Source of the DNA: a virus
Taxonomy: Duplodnaviria; Caudoviricetes
Virus record (IMG/VR): IMGVR_UViG_3300044842_000203
Span: 1 to 64,000 of that record
Length of the DNA: 64,000 bases
Reading direction: 5' to 3' (one strand)
Position 1 is the first letter of the stretch; each line of letters opens with the position of its first letter. The notes beneath the pieces are model-generated. The model worked only from the letters and a program-made list of their open reading frames with translations, searched no databases and had not been told where the DNA came from. The position numbers and the translations under genes are program-made. Below, piece after piece: positions 37,432 through 46,484 of the stretch.

Positions 37432-38421
37432 TCAGTTCAGGGGCAGCTGAATGTCGGCGACGTCGAGGACTGCATTCAGCGCCGCGATCTGGCTGTTAAC
37501 CACCGGGGCCGTTGGAACGAGCACGCGACGGGCGCGTAGTCGGGCCGGACTCTGAGCCTCGGTCTCGCCCTGAATCTTCTGGTGCCACTGAATCCACTCC
37601 AGCATGGCCTGGTAGTCGCCCCACGCGGTGCCCACGATGCCCCGGTTGGTGTCGCCGTGGCGGATCACCATCATCTGCTCGACCTTGGTTTCGAAGCGGG
37701 TGAGGGTGGCGGGGGCGTCCCCGCGGCGGGGGAACGCGCGCTCGATCATGGCGCGGAACTGCTCGTCGGTGGTGCGCTGGGCGAGCATGATCTCAGCGTC
37801 GCGTTTCGCGGTGGTGAGTGCTTTAGCGGAGTTGGTGAGGATTTCGGCGGCCATCTTGTGCCGCATGTCGATGCGCTTGGTGTGCCGGATGATGACGCGG
37901 CTGGTCTCTTGTGAGATTTGCGGCTGCTGATTGGCGCAGAAGATGCGGGTACCGGTGGGGGCCATGACGTTCGAGCCGGCGCCGTGGGACATGAATGCAG
38001 CGATATAGGCCTCGATGGGGTCTCCGCCGGGGGAGATGGTGTCGGGCAGTTTGAGGGAGATGAAGGCGCGGGCCCCGAGGAGTCGGTAGTGCTCGACGTC
38101 GAGGTCTCCGGCGCGGTCGAAAGTGGCGCCGGTAGCGGCGGCCACGGTGTCGAGGACGGCGGCGACTTCCTCGTATTGGTAGACGGTGAAGTCTTCACCG
38201 ACGGTGATGTTGGGGAAGGGGATGTCGGTGCCGTCGGGTCCGTCGTGGACGAGGAGGTATTTGCCGTCGACCTGGTAGCCGTTGTGGGTGATGGGAGCCT
38301 TGCGGACGTTCAGGTTGGCGAGTCCGGCGGCGGCGAGTGCATCGGAGGCTTCGCGGGCGTGGGTGACGGCGGTGCCGAGGGCGGTGAATGGGTTGGGCGG
38401 GGGGGCGATGGCGACGGTCAT
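37432..38421 (-). CDS. DUF932 (phage/plasmid TIGR03299-like) protein
   Basis: SHGAGS..TRIFCANQ..IRHT..GTAWG.YQA. Confidence 0.8.
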   Translation of the reverse strand: MTVAIAPPPNPFTALGTAVTHAREASDALAAAGLANLNVRKAPITHNGYQVDGKYLLVHDGPDGTDIPFPNITVGEDFTVYQYEEVAAVLDTVAAATGATFDRAGDLDVEHYRLLGARAFISLKLPDTISPGGDPIEAYIAAFMSHGAGSNVMAPTGTRIFCANQQPQISQETSRVIIRHTKRIDMRHKMAAEILTNSAKALTTAKRDAEIMLAQRTTDEQFRAMIERAFPRRGDAPATLTRFETKVEQMMVIRHGDTNRGIVGTAWGDYQAMLEWIQWHQKIQGETEAQSPARLRARRVLVPTAPVVNSQIAALNAVLDVADIQLPLN

Positions 38422-38440
38422 GTCTTCTCCTCAGTGGTTG

Positions 38441-38533
38441 GCCAGAACACCCTTGATAGTAGTGCAGCCACGAACTTAGCACAATCGTGTAGCTGCAAAC
38501 TTAAGGGGGTGGTACGCTGAGCAGCGTTCCGGC
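38441..38533. promoter_or_regulatory. Divergent early promoters with inverted GTRGCTGCA boxes
   Basis: Minus: TACTAT-N6-TGTTCTGGC; plus: TGG-TACGCT-N6-CGTTCCGGC; TGCAGCCAC...GTAGCTGCA. Confidence 0.7.
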
Positions 38534-38550
38534 AACACCAGGAGACCCCC

Positions 38551-39057
38551 ATGCCTCAGCCCTACGATGCACGCGAAGACTGGCTCGTATCCGTCCATGA
38601 AGCCGGGCACACCGTCATCGGTGCAGAACTCGGCTTCGAGCCCGTGTTCGTCGAAATCCACCTCGGCAAGCTCGGATGGTTCGGCCCCGTCATCGGATGC
38701 GGCGCCACCTACTTCAGCGACAAAAACATGAACATGACCATGCGATACGAGATCGCCGTGCTCTGCTACTCCGGCTGCGCCGCGGGCGCCATGGTCGACC
38801 ACAAAATCAAGGGCCGCTCCTACCGCTCCTGCCACCGGGAAGAAATCATCGCCGGAGGCGGGGGCGACTACCCGGCCGCCGAGTCCCTCTACATCGACTC
38901 AAATCCGATCTGGGCACGGATGCAGCTGCGCGCCGCGGAGCGTCAGGCGATCCAAATGGTGGAGGAGAACTGGCCCGAGATTGAGTTCGTGGGCCGCGCC
39001 ATCCGCACCGTGCGCGAGACACCAGTCGATATGAGCAAACACTGGACGCGGCAATGA
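38551..39057 (+). CDS. Stand-alone zincin (peptidase M41-like) HExxH protein
   Basis: SVHEAGHTV...SGCAAG...GGGGD. Confidence 0.7.
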   Translation: MPQPYDAREDWLVSVHEAGHTVIGAELGFEPVFVEIHLGKLGWFGPVIGCGATYFSDKNMNMTMRYEIAVLCYSGCAAGAMVDHKIKGRSYRSCHREEIIAGGGGDYPAAESLYIDSNPIWARMQLRAAERQAIQMVEENWPEIEFVGRAIRTVRETPVDMSKHWTRQ

Positions 39058-39194
39058 GCGGCAAAGTGGCGGCGGCCGTGATCGCGCTCATCCTCGTCCT
39101 TTTCGGGATCATCGTATGGCGATTGATCGTCGACCCGCACGCTCATTGCGTCGTCGCAGGCAAGGTGCCCATCTGCTGGCGTGATCACCAATGA
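39054..39194 (+). CDS. Small membrane protein
   Basis: ATGA coupling; MSGKVAAAVIALILVLFGIIVWRLIV. Confidence 0.45.
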   Translation: MSGKVAAAVIALILVLFGIIVWRLIVDPHAHCVVAGKVPICWRDHQ

Positions 39195-39468
39195 AGCGCA
39201 TCGGAGCGTGGATCCTCGTGCTGGCACTGGCGGTCAGCTCGTTCGCCTCGTGCGCGGGAGAGTATTACTGCTATAAGGATCACCCGGTTGTGGCGGTACT
39301 TGGTGGCTGCACTTCTACGATAAGTAGGTATGACACTACGCGCAGCAATCACCCTGTTCGCAGCAACCGGCGCTCTGTGCCTCATCGCAGCCGCCGCTAG
39401 CCTGGCAGTGGTACTCTGAACACAAGGGCCGAAACCCACGGAAGGAACGCCGTGCACTCGGCCCTTCT

Positions 39469-40833
39469 CTATGCCCCCACCAGCGCGGGCGCCGGAACCT
39501 CCGCCGGCATCACCGGCATCGCCACAATCAACCCCTCCGTCACTGACGCCACCGCCAGCGACGCGCCAGCCGGCAACACCACCGCACCCCCGGCCAAACC
39601 CACCACCGTGCCCGCCGGGATCGACACCGCCAACACCGCCGTCGACACCGCCGCAGACGATGCCAACGCCAGAGTGAGGGTGCGCGGCCACGAGATCCGC
39701 TGCCCCGGCGTCACCGGGGGCATCTCATCCAACGTGCGGTAAGCCACCACATCAGCGGGCACACGCACCGCCGGAACCGACGGGCCACCAATCACCGGGT
39801 CATCATTCGACGTCTCACCCACCGCCGGGGCCGCCAGCAGGGCTCGTGCCGCATCCGGTGTGCCCGAGTCCGCCAGCGTCGTCGCATGCTCGATACCGGC
39901 CAGCGGTTTCGCGAACAACAGCCCGCAGCGGCACCCGGCCACCTCGCCGATGCCCTCGGGGAGCACGGACGGATCACCGGGGAACCGCAGCCGGAACGCA
40001 CCCACTTGATACGGCTGGCCTATTGGCCGCTCCTGCCCGTCGGCGATGCGATGCGTCGGCCGCACCCGGTCATCCCGGCGGGAAATCCACTGCATGTGCG
40101 TCACACCCATGGCCTTCGCTGCCGCGAGCGCCGCATCCCCCGCCAGCGCGGTCGCCAGCGTCCGCCCGTACATCAGATTCCAGTTACCACCACGCCGCAC
40201 CGCCGCCAACACCTGGTCAATCACGTGGTCGAGGTCTTCGGCGGTGGAGTTGGCTTCCATGATGACGGCGCGCACCATCTGCGCCTGCCGGCGTGAGCAC
40301 GCGAGCATCTGCTGGACCGCGGAATCTACTGCCTGCTCGACAGTCGCCCAGTCGAACGCAGCCAGGCCCACATTGGGTCGCCCGAGGGACTGGGCGACAT
40401 GGGAAGCGGCGTCGGCGACGATGCGCAGTCCCACCGGCCGCACCGCGTCAGCGATCTCATCGACCGTCCTATCGGGGAGGATGTAGTCGCCGTCGAGGGC
40501 CTTGGTTTCAGTCCGGTTGTATGTCCTAACAGAGTCATCCACCCTCACCCCAGATACAGACTTCACCTGTTCGGACCAAAAGCGGGTGCCTTTGCGAGCC
40601 CGCGGGCCCCGCAACCGGGCCTCAACCACCCCGGCGAGGCGATCGTTATACGCCGACACCGCCGCATCCATCGCGGCCACCGCCCGGTCCACCCGCGCCG
40701 CCGCATCATCGGCCAGCGCATCCCGGATCGGTCCCTGCGGCGGATCGGGGGGCGCCTCGTGCACCATGACCTGCGTCAGCGGCAAATCCGCCAGGTCATC
40801 GGCGGTAAGCAAATCGCGCGCCGCGCTGCTCAC
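39469..40833 (-). CDS. MuF/SPP1 gp7-like minor head protein with C-terminal extension
   Basis: WISRRDDRVRPTH..ADGQ..FPGDP..GCRC. Confidence 0.9.
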   Translation of the reverse strand: MSSAARDLLTADDLADLPLTQVMVHEAPPDPPQGPIRDALADDAAARVDRAVAAMDAAVSAYNDRLAGVVEARLRGPRARKGTRFWSEQVKSVSGVRVDDSVRTYNRTETKALDGDYILPDRTVDEIADAVRPVGLRIVADAASHVAQSLGRPNVGLAAFDWATVEQAVDSAVQQMLACSRRQAQMVRAVIMEANSTAEDLDHVIDQVLAAVRRGGNWNLMYGRTLATALAGDAALAAAKAMGVTHMQWISRRDDRVRPTHRIADGQERPIGQPYQVGAFRLRFPGDPSVLPEGIGEVAGCRCGLLFAKPLAGIEHATTLADSGTPDAARALLAAPAVGETSNDDPVIGGPSVPAVRVPADVVAYRTLDEMPPVTPGQRISWPRTLTLALASSAAVSTAVLAVSIPAGTVVGLAGGAVVLPAGASLAVASVTEGLIVAMPVMPAEVPAPALVGA

Positions 40834-42532
40834 CCTCCAATGCCTTCATCTGCGGGGCGGCGGTCAACGTCGCGCCTCCGGTGCGGTCGGCCTGCGCGAG
40901 CGCCCGCTGATTCGGTGGCCCCGCGCCCTCGTCACCCGCGTCGGCGCTACCCATCTGGTCGCCACCAGTGCCCCCGCCACCGTCCATCGCCGATGAGGGA
41001 TCGACCGGGCCGCCCATGAGATCCGCGGTCGGGTCGAATCCGGTGCCGAACCCTGGCGGCAGCTCCCCGCCACCGCCCGCCGATAGGGTCGCTGGCTGGC
41101 CACCCAGGGGGGCGCGGCCGGCGGCCTCAGCGTCACCGTCGTGCGCGGGCTTGTCATCACCCACCGCGAGCCGGCCGGCGGGGATCCACAGCACACGCGA
41201 GGCCGGTACATCCCAGGGGTCGAGGTCTTTGACCTCGCGTACCTCGTCGATGGTGATGATGCCGTTGTTGAAATCAGCAACCGCCCGGTCCTCGCGGGCC
41301 CGCTGGTAGCGGCCGAGCACCCACACGTCAGACACATCATGGGAGAGGTAGGTGTCGTCGTCGTAGCCGCCGGGAGTGAGCACATCGAGCTGCGCGTCGA
41401 GCATGTCGAACAGGGGCAGCAGGCCGTGTTCCCACGCTTTGGCGTAGTCGGCGTCGGCGTTGTCGAAAGTCTCCCCCGACGAGTCGGAGATCACCGACTC
41501 GGGTAGGCCGAAGGCGACGCAGATTTCCCGCTTGGTGCGGTCCATCGTGTCGCCCCACATCATGTCCCGCGGAGTGCCCGAGGTGTCGGTCCATGTCATG
41601 TCGTCGGCTTCGATGGCCAGTGTTTGGGCCGTGTTCTCCGGCGAGTTGAAGCGGCGCTCCAGTTGGTCGATGAACTGGTCCTCGATGGGGCCTTTGACGG
41701 CGAGCACGCCGCCGGGGCGGCCATCTTGCTGCATGAACCGCCGGTTGTAGAGGCGGGCGTAGCGGTCCAGGTCAGTGGACAGGCCGGCGGCCTCCATGGG
41801 GCTCATGCCGCGCTCGAACATGGTGGGGTGCGGTGAGCGGATCCACACGATGCCCGAGGGCTGATCATCGGGAGAGGCTTGCGGGTCGAAGGGGGGCCGG
41901 AAGTCGAAGAAGGGAGCGCCGTTGGCGGCTGCGGTGGTGACCCGGAATGACTCGATGGGGGTAATGACGCCCACCTCGGTGGGGTCGTCGGGGTTGCGCT
42001 TGCGCCGGCCGGGTACGGGGAGCACCCGGTCGGGGTCGAGTAGGTAGATGGAGTGGATGGAGCCGCGCCGGGAGCGCACAGCTTCGATGAATACTCCGCG
42101 GGAGGACAGTAGGTACTGGGCGATCAGGCGGTGGCGGAAGATTTTCGCGACTTCCCAGGCGTTGGCGCGCCGGTTGAGTCGGCGCAGTAGCACCTGTTGG
42201 TCTTTGTCGAGTTCGCCGGGTTTGAGGATGGGGCCTTCGCGGGAGTCCTCTTTGCGGAGCACGATGCGCCGGGCGCGCTCATTGCTCGCGATGAACTCCA
42301 CGCAGCGGAACACGTAGGGGTTGTAGGCGTAGCCCTCACGGACGGCGCGGTCGGTGTCCCAGTCGACGGTGTAGGGCTGGCCGGGCACGACGTAAGCGCG
42401 GGGGCCGGACACGATGCGGGAGTCCAGCGAGCCGCCTCCGGTGGTGTATCCGGAGAACATGCCGCGCAGCGCCGGGAACCAGGTTTTGCTGGTGGCGGCT
42501 GGGGTTGCAGTGGGGCCGCGTCTGCGGGCCAA
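40796..42532 (-). CDS. Portal protein (HK97 family)
   Basis: NPYVFRCV..IA, LNRRAN, GMSPMEAA, GRPGGVL, ICVAFGLP, ITIDEVR. Confidence 0.93.
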   Translation of the reverse strand: MARRRGPTATPAATSKTWFPALRGMFSGYTTGGGSLDSRIVSGPRAYVVPGQPYTVDWDTDRAVREGYAYNPYVFRCVEFIASNERARRIVLRKEDSREGPILKPGELDKDQQVLLRRLNRRANAWEVAKIFRHRLIAQYLLSSRGVFIEAVRSRRGSIHSIYLLDPDRVLPVPGRRKRNPDDPTEVGVITPIESFRVTTAAANGAPFFDFRPPFDPQASPDDQPSGIVWIRSPHPTMFERGMSPMEAAGLSTDLDRYARLYNRRFMQQDGRPGGVLAVKGPIEDQFIDQLERRFNSPENTAQTLAIEADDMTWTDTSGTPRDMMWGDTMDRTKREICVAFGLPESVISDSSGETFDNADADYAKAWEHGLLPLFDMLDAQLDVLTPGGYDDDTYLSHDVSDVWVLGRYQRAREDRAVADFNNGIITIDEVREVKDLDPWDVPASRVLWIPAGRLAVGDDKPAHDGDAEAAGRAPLGGQPATLSAGGGGELPPGFGTGFDPTADLMGGPVDPSSAMDGGGGTGGDQMGSADAGDEGAGPPNQRALAQADRTGGATLTAAPQMKALEGEQRGARFAYRR

Positions 42533-42675
42533 TGCTCACCTCCCGTGATCGGCGGCGAGTCAATGTAGCCACGCGGTGGGGCGGTAAATAAACCGACGCG
42601 CCGGGCGGGGGCGCGGCGCGTCGGTTGGGGGGAGTGCATCAAGCACCGCTGTGGTGTGGCGGTACTGGAGGGATC

Positions 42676-43083
42676 TTAGCCGGGCTTGTGGTAGGCCAAA
42701 CCCCTAGATATTGCGGCGAGCGTCACGGCGGCGCCTAAACCTAGTGCGGGGGTGCCGATGAGGGCGTAAAGCGACCACACGGCGATGGCTAGGGCCGCAG
42801 CGGCGCAGACAATCGCCCCAATTTCGCGGGCGAGCGCCGTTCGATGCGCATCCCAGCGGGCAGCGGCGCCGGCTTTCGGTGCTGCTCGGTCAGGAGGTGG
42901 GCCACCATGGTCACCAGCTCCGGCCGCAGTGGTAAGCGGACCCGGCCGAAGGTTGTCGTCAGTTGGAGCAACCCGCATTTCGGTCCCCAGAGGTTGAATC
43001 GGTGCGCTCGATGGCGTGGCATAGCTAACTCGCAACCTTCCTGATCGTGTCCCCTCGATTGGAATGGCGCTGCCCCCAGACAC
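42676..43083 (-). CDS. Small membrane protein upstream of portal (start uncertain)
   Basis: Two C-terminal TM segments. Confidence 0.45.
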   Translation of the reverse strand: MSGGSAIPIEGTRSGRLRVSYATPSSAPIQPLGTEMRVAPTDDNLRPGPLTTAAGAGDHGGPPPDRAAPKAGAAARWDAHRTALAREIGAIVCAAAALAIAVWSLYALIGTPALGLGAAVTLAAISRGLAYHKPG

Positions 43084-43084
43084 A

Positions 43085-43118
43085 CCTCACGCCCAACCGG
43101 GGTGGGTTGGGCGTGAGG
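43085..43118. terminator. Stem-loop
   Basis: cctcacgcccaacc..ggttgggcgtgagg. Confidence 0.6.
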
Positions 43119-43211
43119 TCAGTGTGAGCGCATCGGGTTAGCTAAGCACGGTTACACACGGCATGCTGCATGTGCACTCGCACTGTACTTGCGTTTCATC
43201 CAGTTGGCTTA

Positions 43212-43957
43212 CTAACTTTCACAGGCCGCAGCGGCCCGTTCACGGGCTGTTGCGCGCTGTTGGCGGCGAGCTGTAGTGATGCCCCCGAGGTACTTCTCGG
43301 CAGCGCGCAGATCTTCGAGGGCGTAGCTGATGCGCTCCACGGCGCGCCGGGAACTGTCCGCCAGGACCGCAGGCAGGTGGTCGGTGGCGCCGTCCATCTG
43401 AGCCGCCATCTCCTCCAGCTGGGCGAGGATGCGCAACAGAGCGGTCTGCTGAGTCTCGGCGCGATTGTGGGCGTGCTGTTCGTCGATGCAGTCAACGGCC
43501 ATCGCTGATCACACTCTCTGCGATTAGTGACATATAAGTCCCTCCTGATCTTCGAGGATGGCCGCGCGCCGGGCCTGAAGTTCGCGACGGGCGGCGTCGA
43601 TTTGGGCTTCGAGACGTTCGAGGTGCAGCAGTTGAGCCCGGATGGAGGCCAGCTCCGGGGACTCAACTGCTGCGGGTCGTGCCCGTGTCATCGGGAGACC
43701 ACGACCAGTGCGGGATTGCACGGGGTGAGGTTGACCTTCGGGCGGCCGTAGAACTCGCACAGCTCGAACGCCTCAGCGTCGGAGTGGGCGTTGCCGCAGG
43801 TGGGGCAGAAGTGGTCGCGGCATACGGGGTCGCCGTCGTCGGTGAGTCCGCTGTAGCCATCAGCGGCGATCTTCGGTAGGCCGCCGTTGCGGCTGATGAC
43901 GACGGGCACGACGGCGCTACAGGGGCGGATGCAGCACTGCTCAAGGGTGAAAGCCAT
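43212..43957 (-). other. Operon of three small hypothetical genes (43688-43957, 43524-43691, 43212-43502)
   Basis: RBS GAGGAG, coupled ORFs, early promoter at 43979-44002. Confidence 0.55.
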
Positions 43958-44024
43958 GATGACTCCTCAAGAGAACTTGCCGGAACATGTGCAAGCATAC
44001 CACGGACCCCGTTGGGGGCAAGGG

Positions 44025-44438
44025 TCAGCGGCCACCCCCGATCGCGCGCCGTGCCGGCGTGGGCGCGGAGACACTACGCCGGGCCGGGATCTCGACGTCC
44101 AGGCCCGCTGTGCGCAGCACGCGGCGCGGGCCGATCTGCTCGTACACCTCGTCTGGCAGCGCGTCGAGGATGCGTTGCGTGGTGTGCTCGGCGTCGCGGC
44201 GCCGACCATCGGCACGCAGGTAGGCGACCAGCGCCACCACGAGACCAACCACGAGACCAACAATGATCACTGCGATCAGCACCATCATGCCGCTGTTATC
44301 CGACTGGTTATTGATCACAGGTACTACGACGGGCGCTTGTGAAGCGGGTGCCTGCCCACCGTCGAACAGGCACCCGGCCACCAGCAACCCTAAGCTCCCC
44401 AAACCGCAGAGCATTAAGAGTCGCTGAAACATCACCAT
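44025..44438 (-). CDS. Membrane protein/lipoprotein
   Basis: VAGC lipobox-like segment plus TM segment. Confidence 0.5.
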   Translation of the reverse strand: MVMFQRLLMLCGLGSLGLLVAGCLFDGGQAPASQAPVVVPVINNQSDNSGMMVLIAVIIVGLVVGLVVALVAYLRADGRRRDAEHTTQRILDALPDEVYEQIGPRRVLRTAGLDVEIPARRSVSAPTPARRAIGGGR

Positions 44439-44450
44439 CTCCCTCCCGAT

Positions 44451-44645
44451 TTAGCCGAAGGCGCCCGATCGCGCCCCGGTCGTGAACGCTGCCCACTGCG
44501 CCGAGCTGATCATCAGCATCGGGCCGTGTGGGTCTTTGCTGTCACGCACTGCCCGACCGTTGGACAGTGCTGCGACCTCGACACAATCCGGCGAGTCTCC
44601 GCCGCTGTAGGACGACTTGATCCACACCGGCCTTGAACCGTTCAC
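44451..44645 (-). CDS. DUF397 protein (BldB/Scr2-like)
   Basis: WIKSSYSG...CVEVA...VRDSKDP.GP.L...W.AF. Confidence 0.95.
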   Translation of the reverse strand: MNGSRPVWIKSSYSGGDSPDCVEVAALSNGRAVRDSKDPHGPMLMISSAQWAAFTTGARSGAFG

Positions 44646-45487
44646 AGTGTTCTCCTCTGAATAAATTCCTCAATGAATGCGGAAGTGGCCGCAGGATCAA
44701 GAGACTGGGCCGCAAGGTATTCGTACTTCTTGCACAAATCGTTCACGGCAGGCTCATCCTCGACAAAAGTGCCACCCCCGGCATGATCGTAATAACCGAC
44801 GGGGCCCATCATCACCGCCGAGAAGGCCATCACGGTGAACGAGGCATCCATGCTGCGATGCGCACCCGCAGCGAACGGCAGTACCCGCAACTCCACACTC
44901 GGCAGCTGCGATGCCTTGAGCAGCGCCCACAGTTGCTCCGTGCCGGCCAGCCCCATGTGCCCGGTGATATGCAGCACGGCTTCGGACATGACCGCGGACA
45001 AGCGCAGGTCGCCGGACTCCAGACGCTGTTTGCGCTCCATGCGGGCGACGATGTGCCGGTCAGCCTCGCGTGAGCCGAGCCCGTGAACACGGGTCAGTTC
45101 ACGGGCATAGTTCTCGCTCTGGAGCAAGCCAGGCACCAGCTCCAGGGAGAATCGGTACAGGTCAGTGGCCTCGTTTTCGAGGTTGAGGTAGAGCTTGAGC
45201 CAGCTGGGCAGTCGCCGGTAGGCGAGCGGGCTGCGCTCGTGTGCCTGTTGGCAGAGTTCCCACAATTCATCGAACCGATCAGGGCAGCCGTAGAGGTCGA
45301 GTAGGGCGCGCAGATCGTGCTCGGAGGGCACGTTGCGGCGCCGTTCGAAGTGCCCGATTTTCTCGATGGAGCAGCGAAGGTGCTCGGCAGCCCGGCGTCG
45401 GGTGATACCAGCGGATTCGCGAGCGTCTTTTAGCTCCTCCGCGAGCTGATATTGCCGCAAGGTTGGTCCTGTTCTCGTCACGGCCAT
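44642..45487 (-). CDS. XRE HTH + DUF5753 regulator (WhiJ/Scr1-like)
   Basis: HTH, then YLNLE..A..VPGLLQSENYAR..RMERKQRL..SEAVL; coupled to DUF397. Confidence 0.9.
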   Translation of the reverse strand: MAVTRTGPTLRQYQLAEELKDARESAGITRRRAAEHLRCSIEKIGHFERRRNVPSEHDLRALLDLYGCPDRFDELWELCQQAHERSPLAYRRLPSWLKLYLNLENEATDLYRFSLELVPGLLQSENYARELTRVHGLGSREADRHIVARMERKQRLESGDLRLSAVMSEAVLHITGHMGLAGTEQLWALLKASQLPSVELRVLPFAAGAHRSMDASFTVMAFSAVMMGPVGYYDHAGGGTFVEDEPAVNDLCKKYEYLAAQSLDPAATSAFIEEFIQRRTL

Positions 45488-45612
45488 CACCTCTTGATCA
45501 TTCTGCTGGGCTGTAGTAGGGCCTACTGTAAAGTTGTGAAGTTCAGTAAGCTTACTAGGATGCGTCGCCGATCGGGGCTGTCGACGCTGACCCCCGGTCG
45601 GTGGCGCCTCCA

Positions 45613-46365
45613 TCACCCCCCCAGGGCCTCCAGGTCTTGGACGTAGGTGAGGCACACGTGGTCAGCGGCAACAACGAGATGAGTCATCACCACAACCCGA
45701 CCCTGCGCATCACGCGCAGTGCGTTGGGTATCGAGCACCGGAGATCCCAGCGGCAGCCCCAGATCCTTGCGCTCGGCCTCAGTGGGCATCCGAGCGGAAA
45801 CCACCTCGGTGACTTTGGACGGGCGATGCCCAGCGGCGATCAAGCCACCGTAGATGCCGCTGACCACCTTCGCGGGCGCGGCCAACGGCGTGCCCTCCGC
45901 GACCCACATGGGCAGCCACGTGTCCTGCACCTGGCGGGTCTGACCTTCGATTTGCATCTGGTTGGCGCGACGCACCACCGGATCCCCCACGCTGATCTCC
46001 AGGGCGTTCGCTATCCGCGGGTTCGCTTCGAGGTAGCTGACGCCAGTGACGACGGTGTTGCCTTCCAATCCCTGCTCAGCGCAGGCCGTCTCCCAGGGGC
46101 CCGCCTTCGCAGTGGAGTTGATGAAGCGGTGCGCCGGCAGTTGGATCATGTGCCGTTGACGCACCCTCGTGCCGTGCCCCGAGATGGGGTCGACCAGCCC
46201 CTCCGCTTGGAGGTGGCGGATGGCCTTGCGGACAGTGCCGATGTTGACGCCGAAACGGTCCGCAAGTTCTTTTTGCCAGGGCAGGTAAGTACCTGGCGGG
46301 TAGTCACCGCGGGCGATCTCCGACCGAAGTTGCCCCGCGATGCCCAGATATCCGAGCTGAGTCAT
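45613..46365 (-). CDS. GntR/HutC (UTRA) repressor, KorSA/TraR-like
   Basis: YL.IA..LR.EI..G.YPPG..LP...ELA..FGV...TVRKAI..L..EGLV; UTRA C-terminus; divergent from tra genes. Confidence 0.9.
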   Translation of the reverse strand: MTQLGYLGIAGQLRSEIARGDYPPGTYLPWQKELADRFGVNIGTVRKAIRHLQAEGLVDPISGHGTRVRQRHMIQLPAHRFINSTAKAGPWETACAEQGLEGNTVVTGVSYLEANPRIANALEISVGDPVVRRANQMQIEGQTRQVQDTWLPMWVAEGTPLAAPAKVVSGIYGGLIAAGHRPSKVTEVVSARMPTEAERKDLGLPLGSPVLDTQRTARDAQGRVVVMTHLVVAADHVCLTYVQDLEALGG

Positions 46366-46391
46366 CGCATCCCCGATTCCATGATTTTCCT

Positions 46392-46465
46392 CCGTAGGTG
46401 TACGCCTACGGCTGAGACTTTAGCAGTATGCTGCTACGATCCCAGCCGTAGATGTACACCTACGG
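46392..46465. promoter_or_regulatory. Twin palindromic GntR operators
   Basis: CCGTAGGTGTACGCCTACGG (46392-411) and CCGTAGATGTACACCTACGG (46446-465) flank TAGCAGTATGCTGCTA and -10 TACGAT. Confidence 0.8.
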
Positions 46466-46484
46466 CATGCGGGGGGGAGGTTGC

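Noticed and set aside
39191-39400. 69-aa + ORF as a real gene
   Set aside because: Coupled start and signal-like N-terminus, but the remainder overlaps operator-like AT-rich DNA; support insufficient
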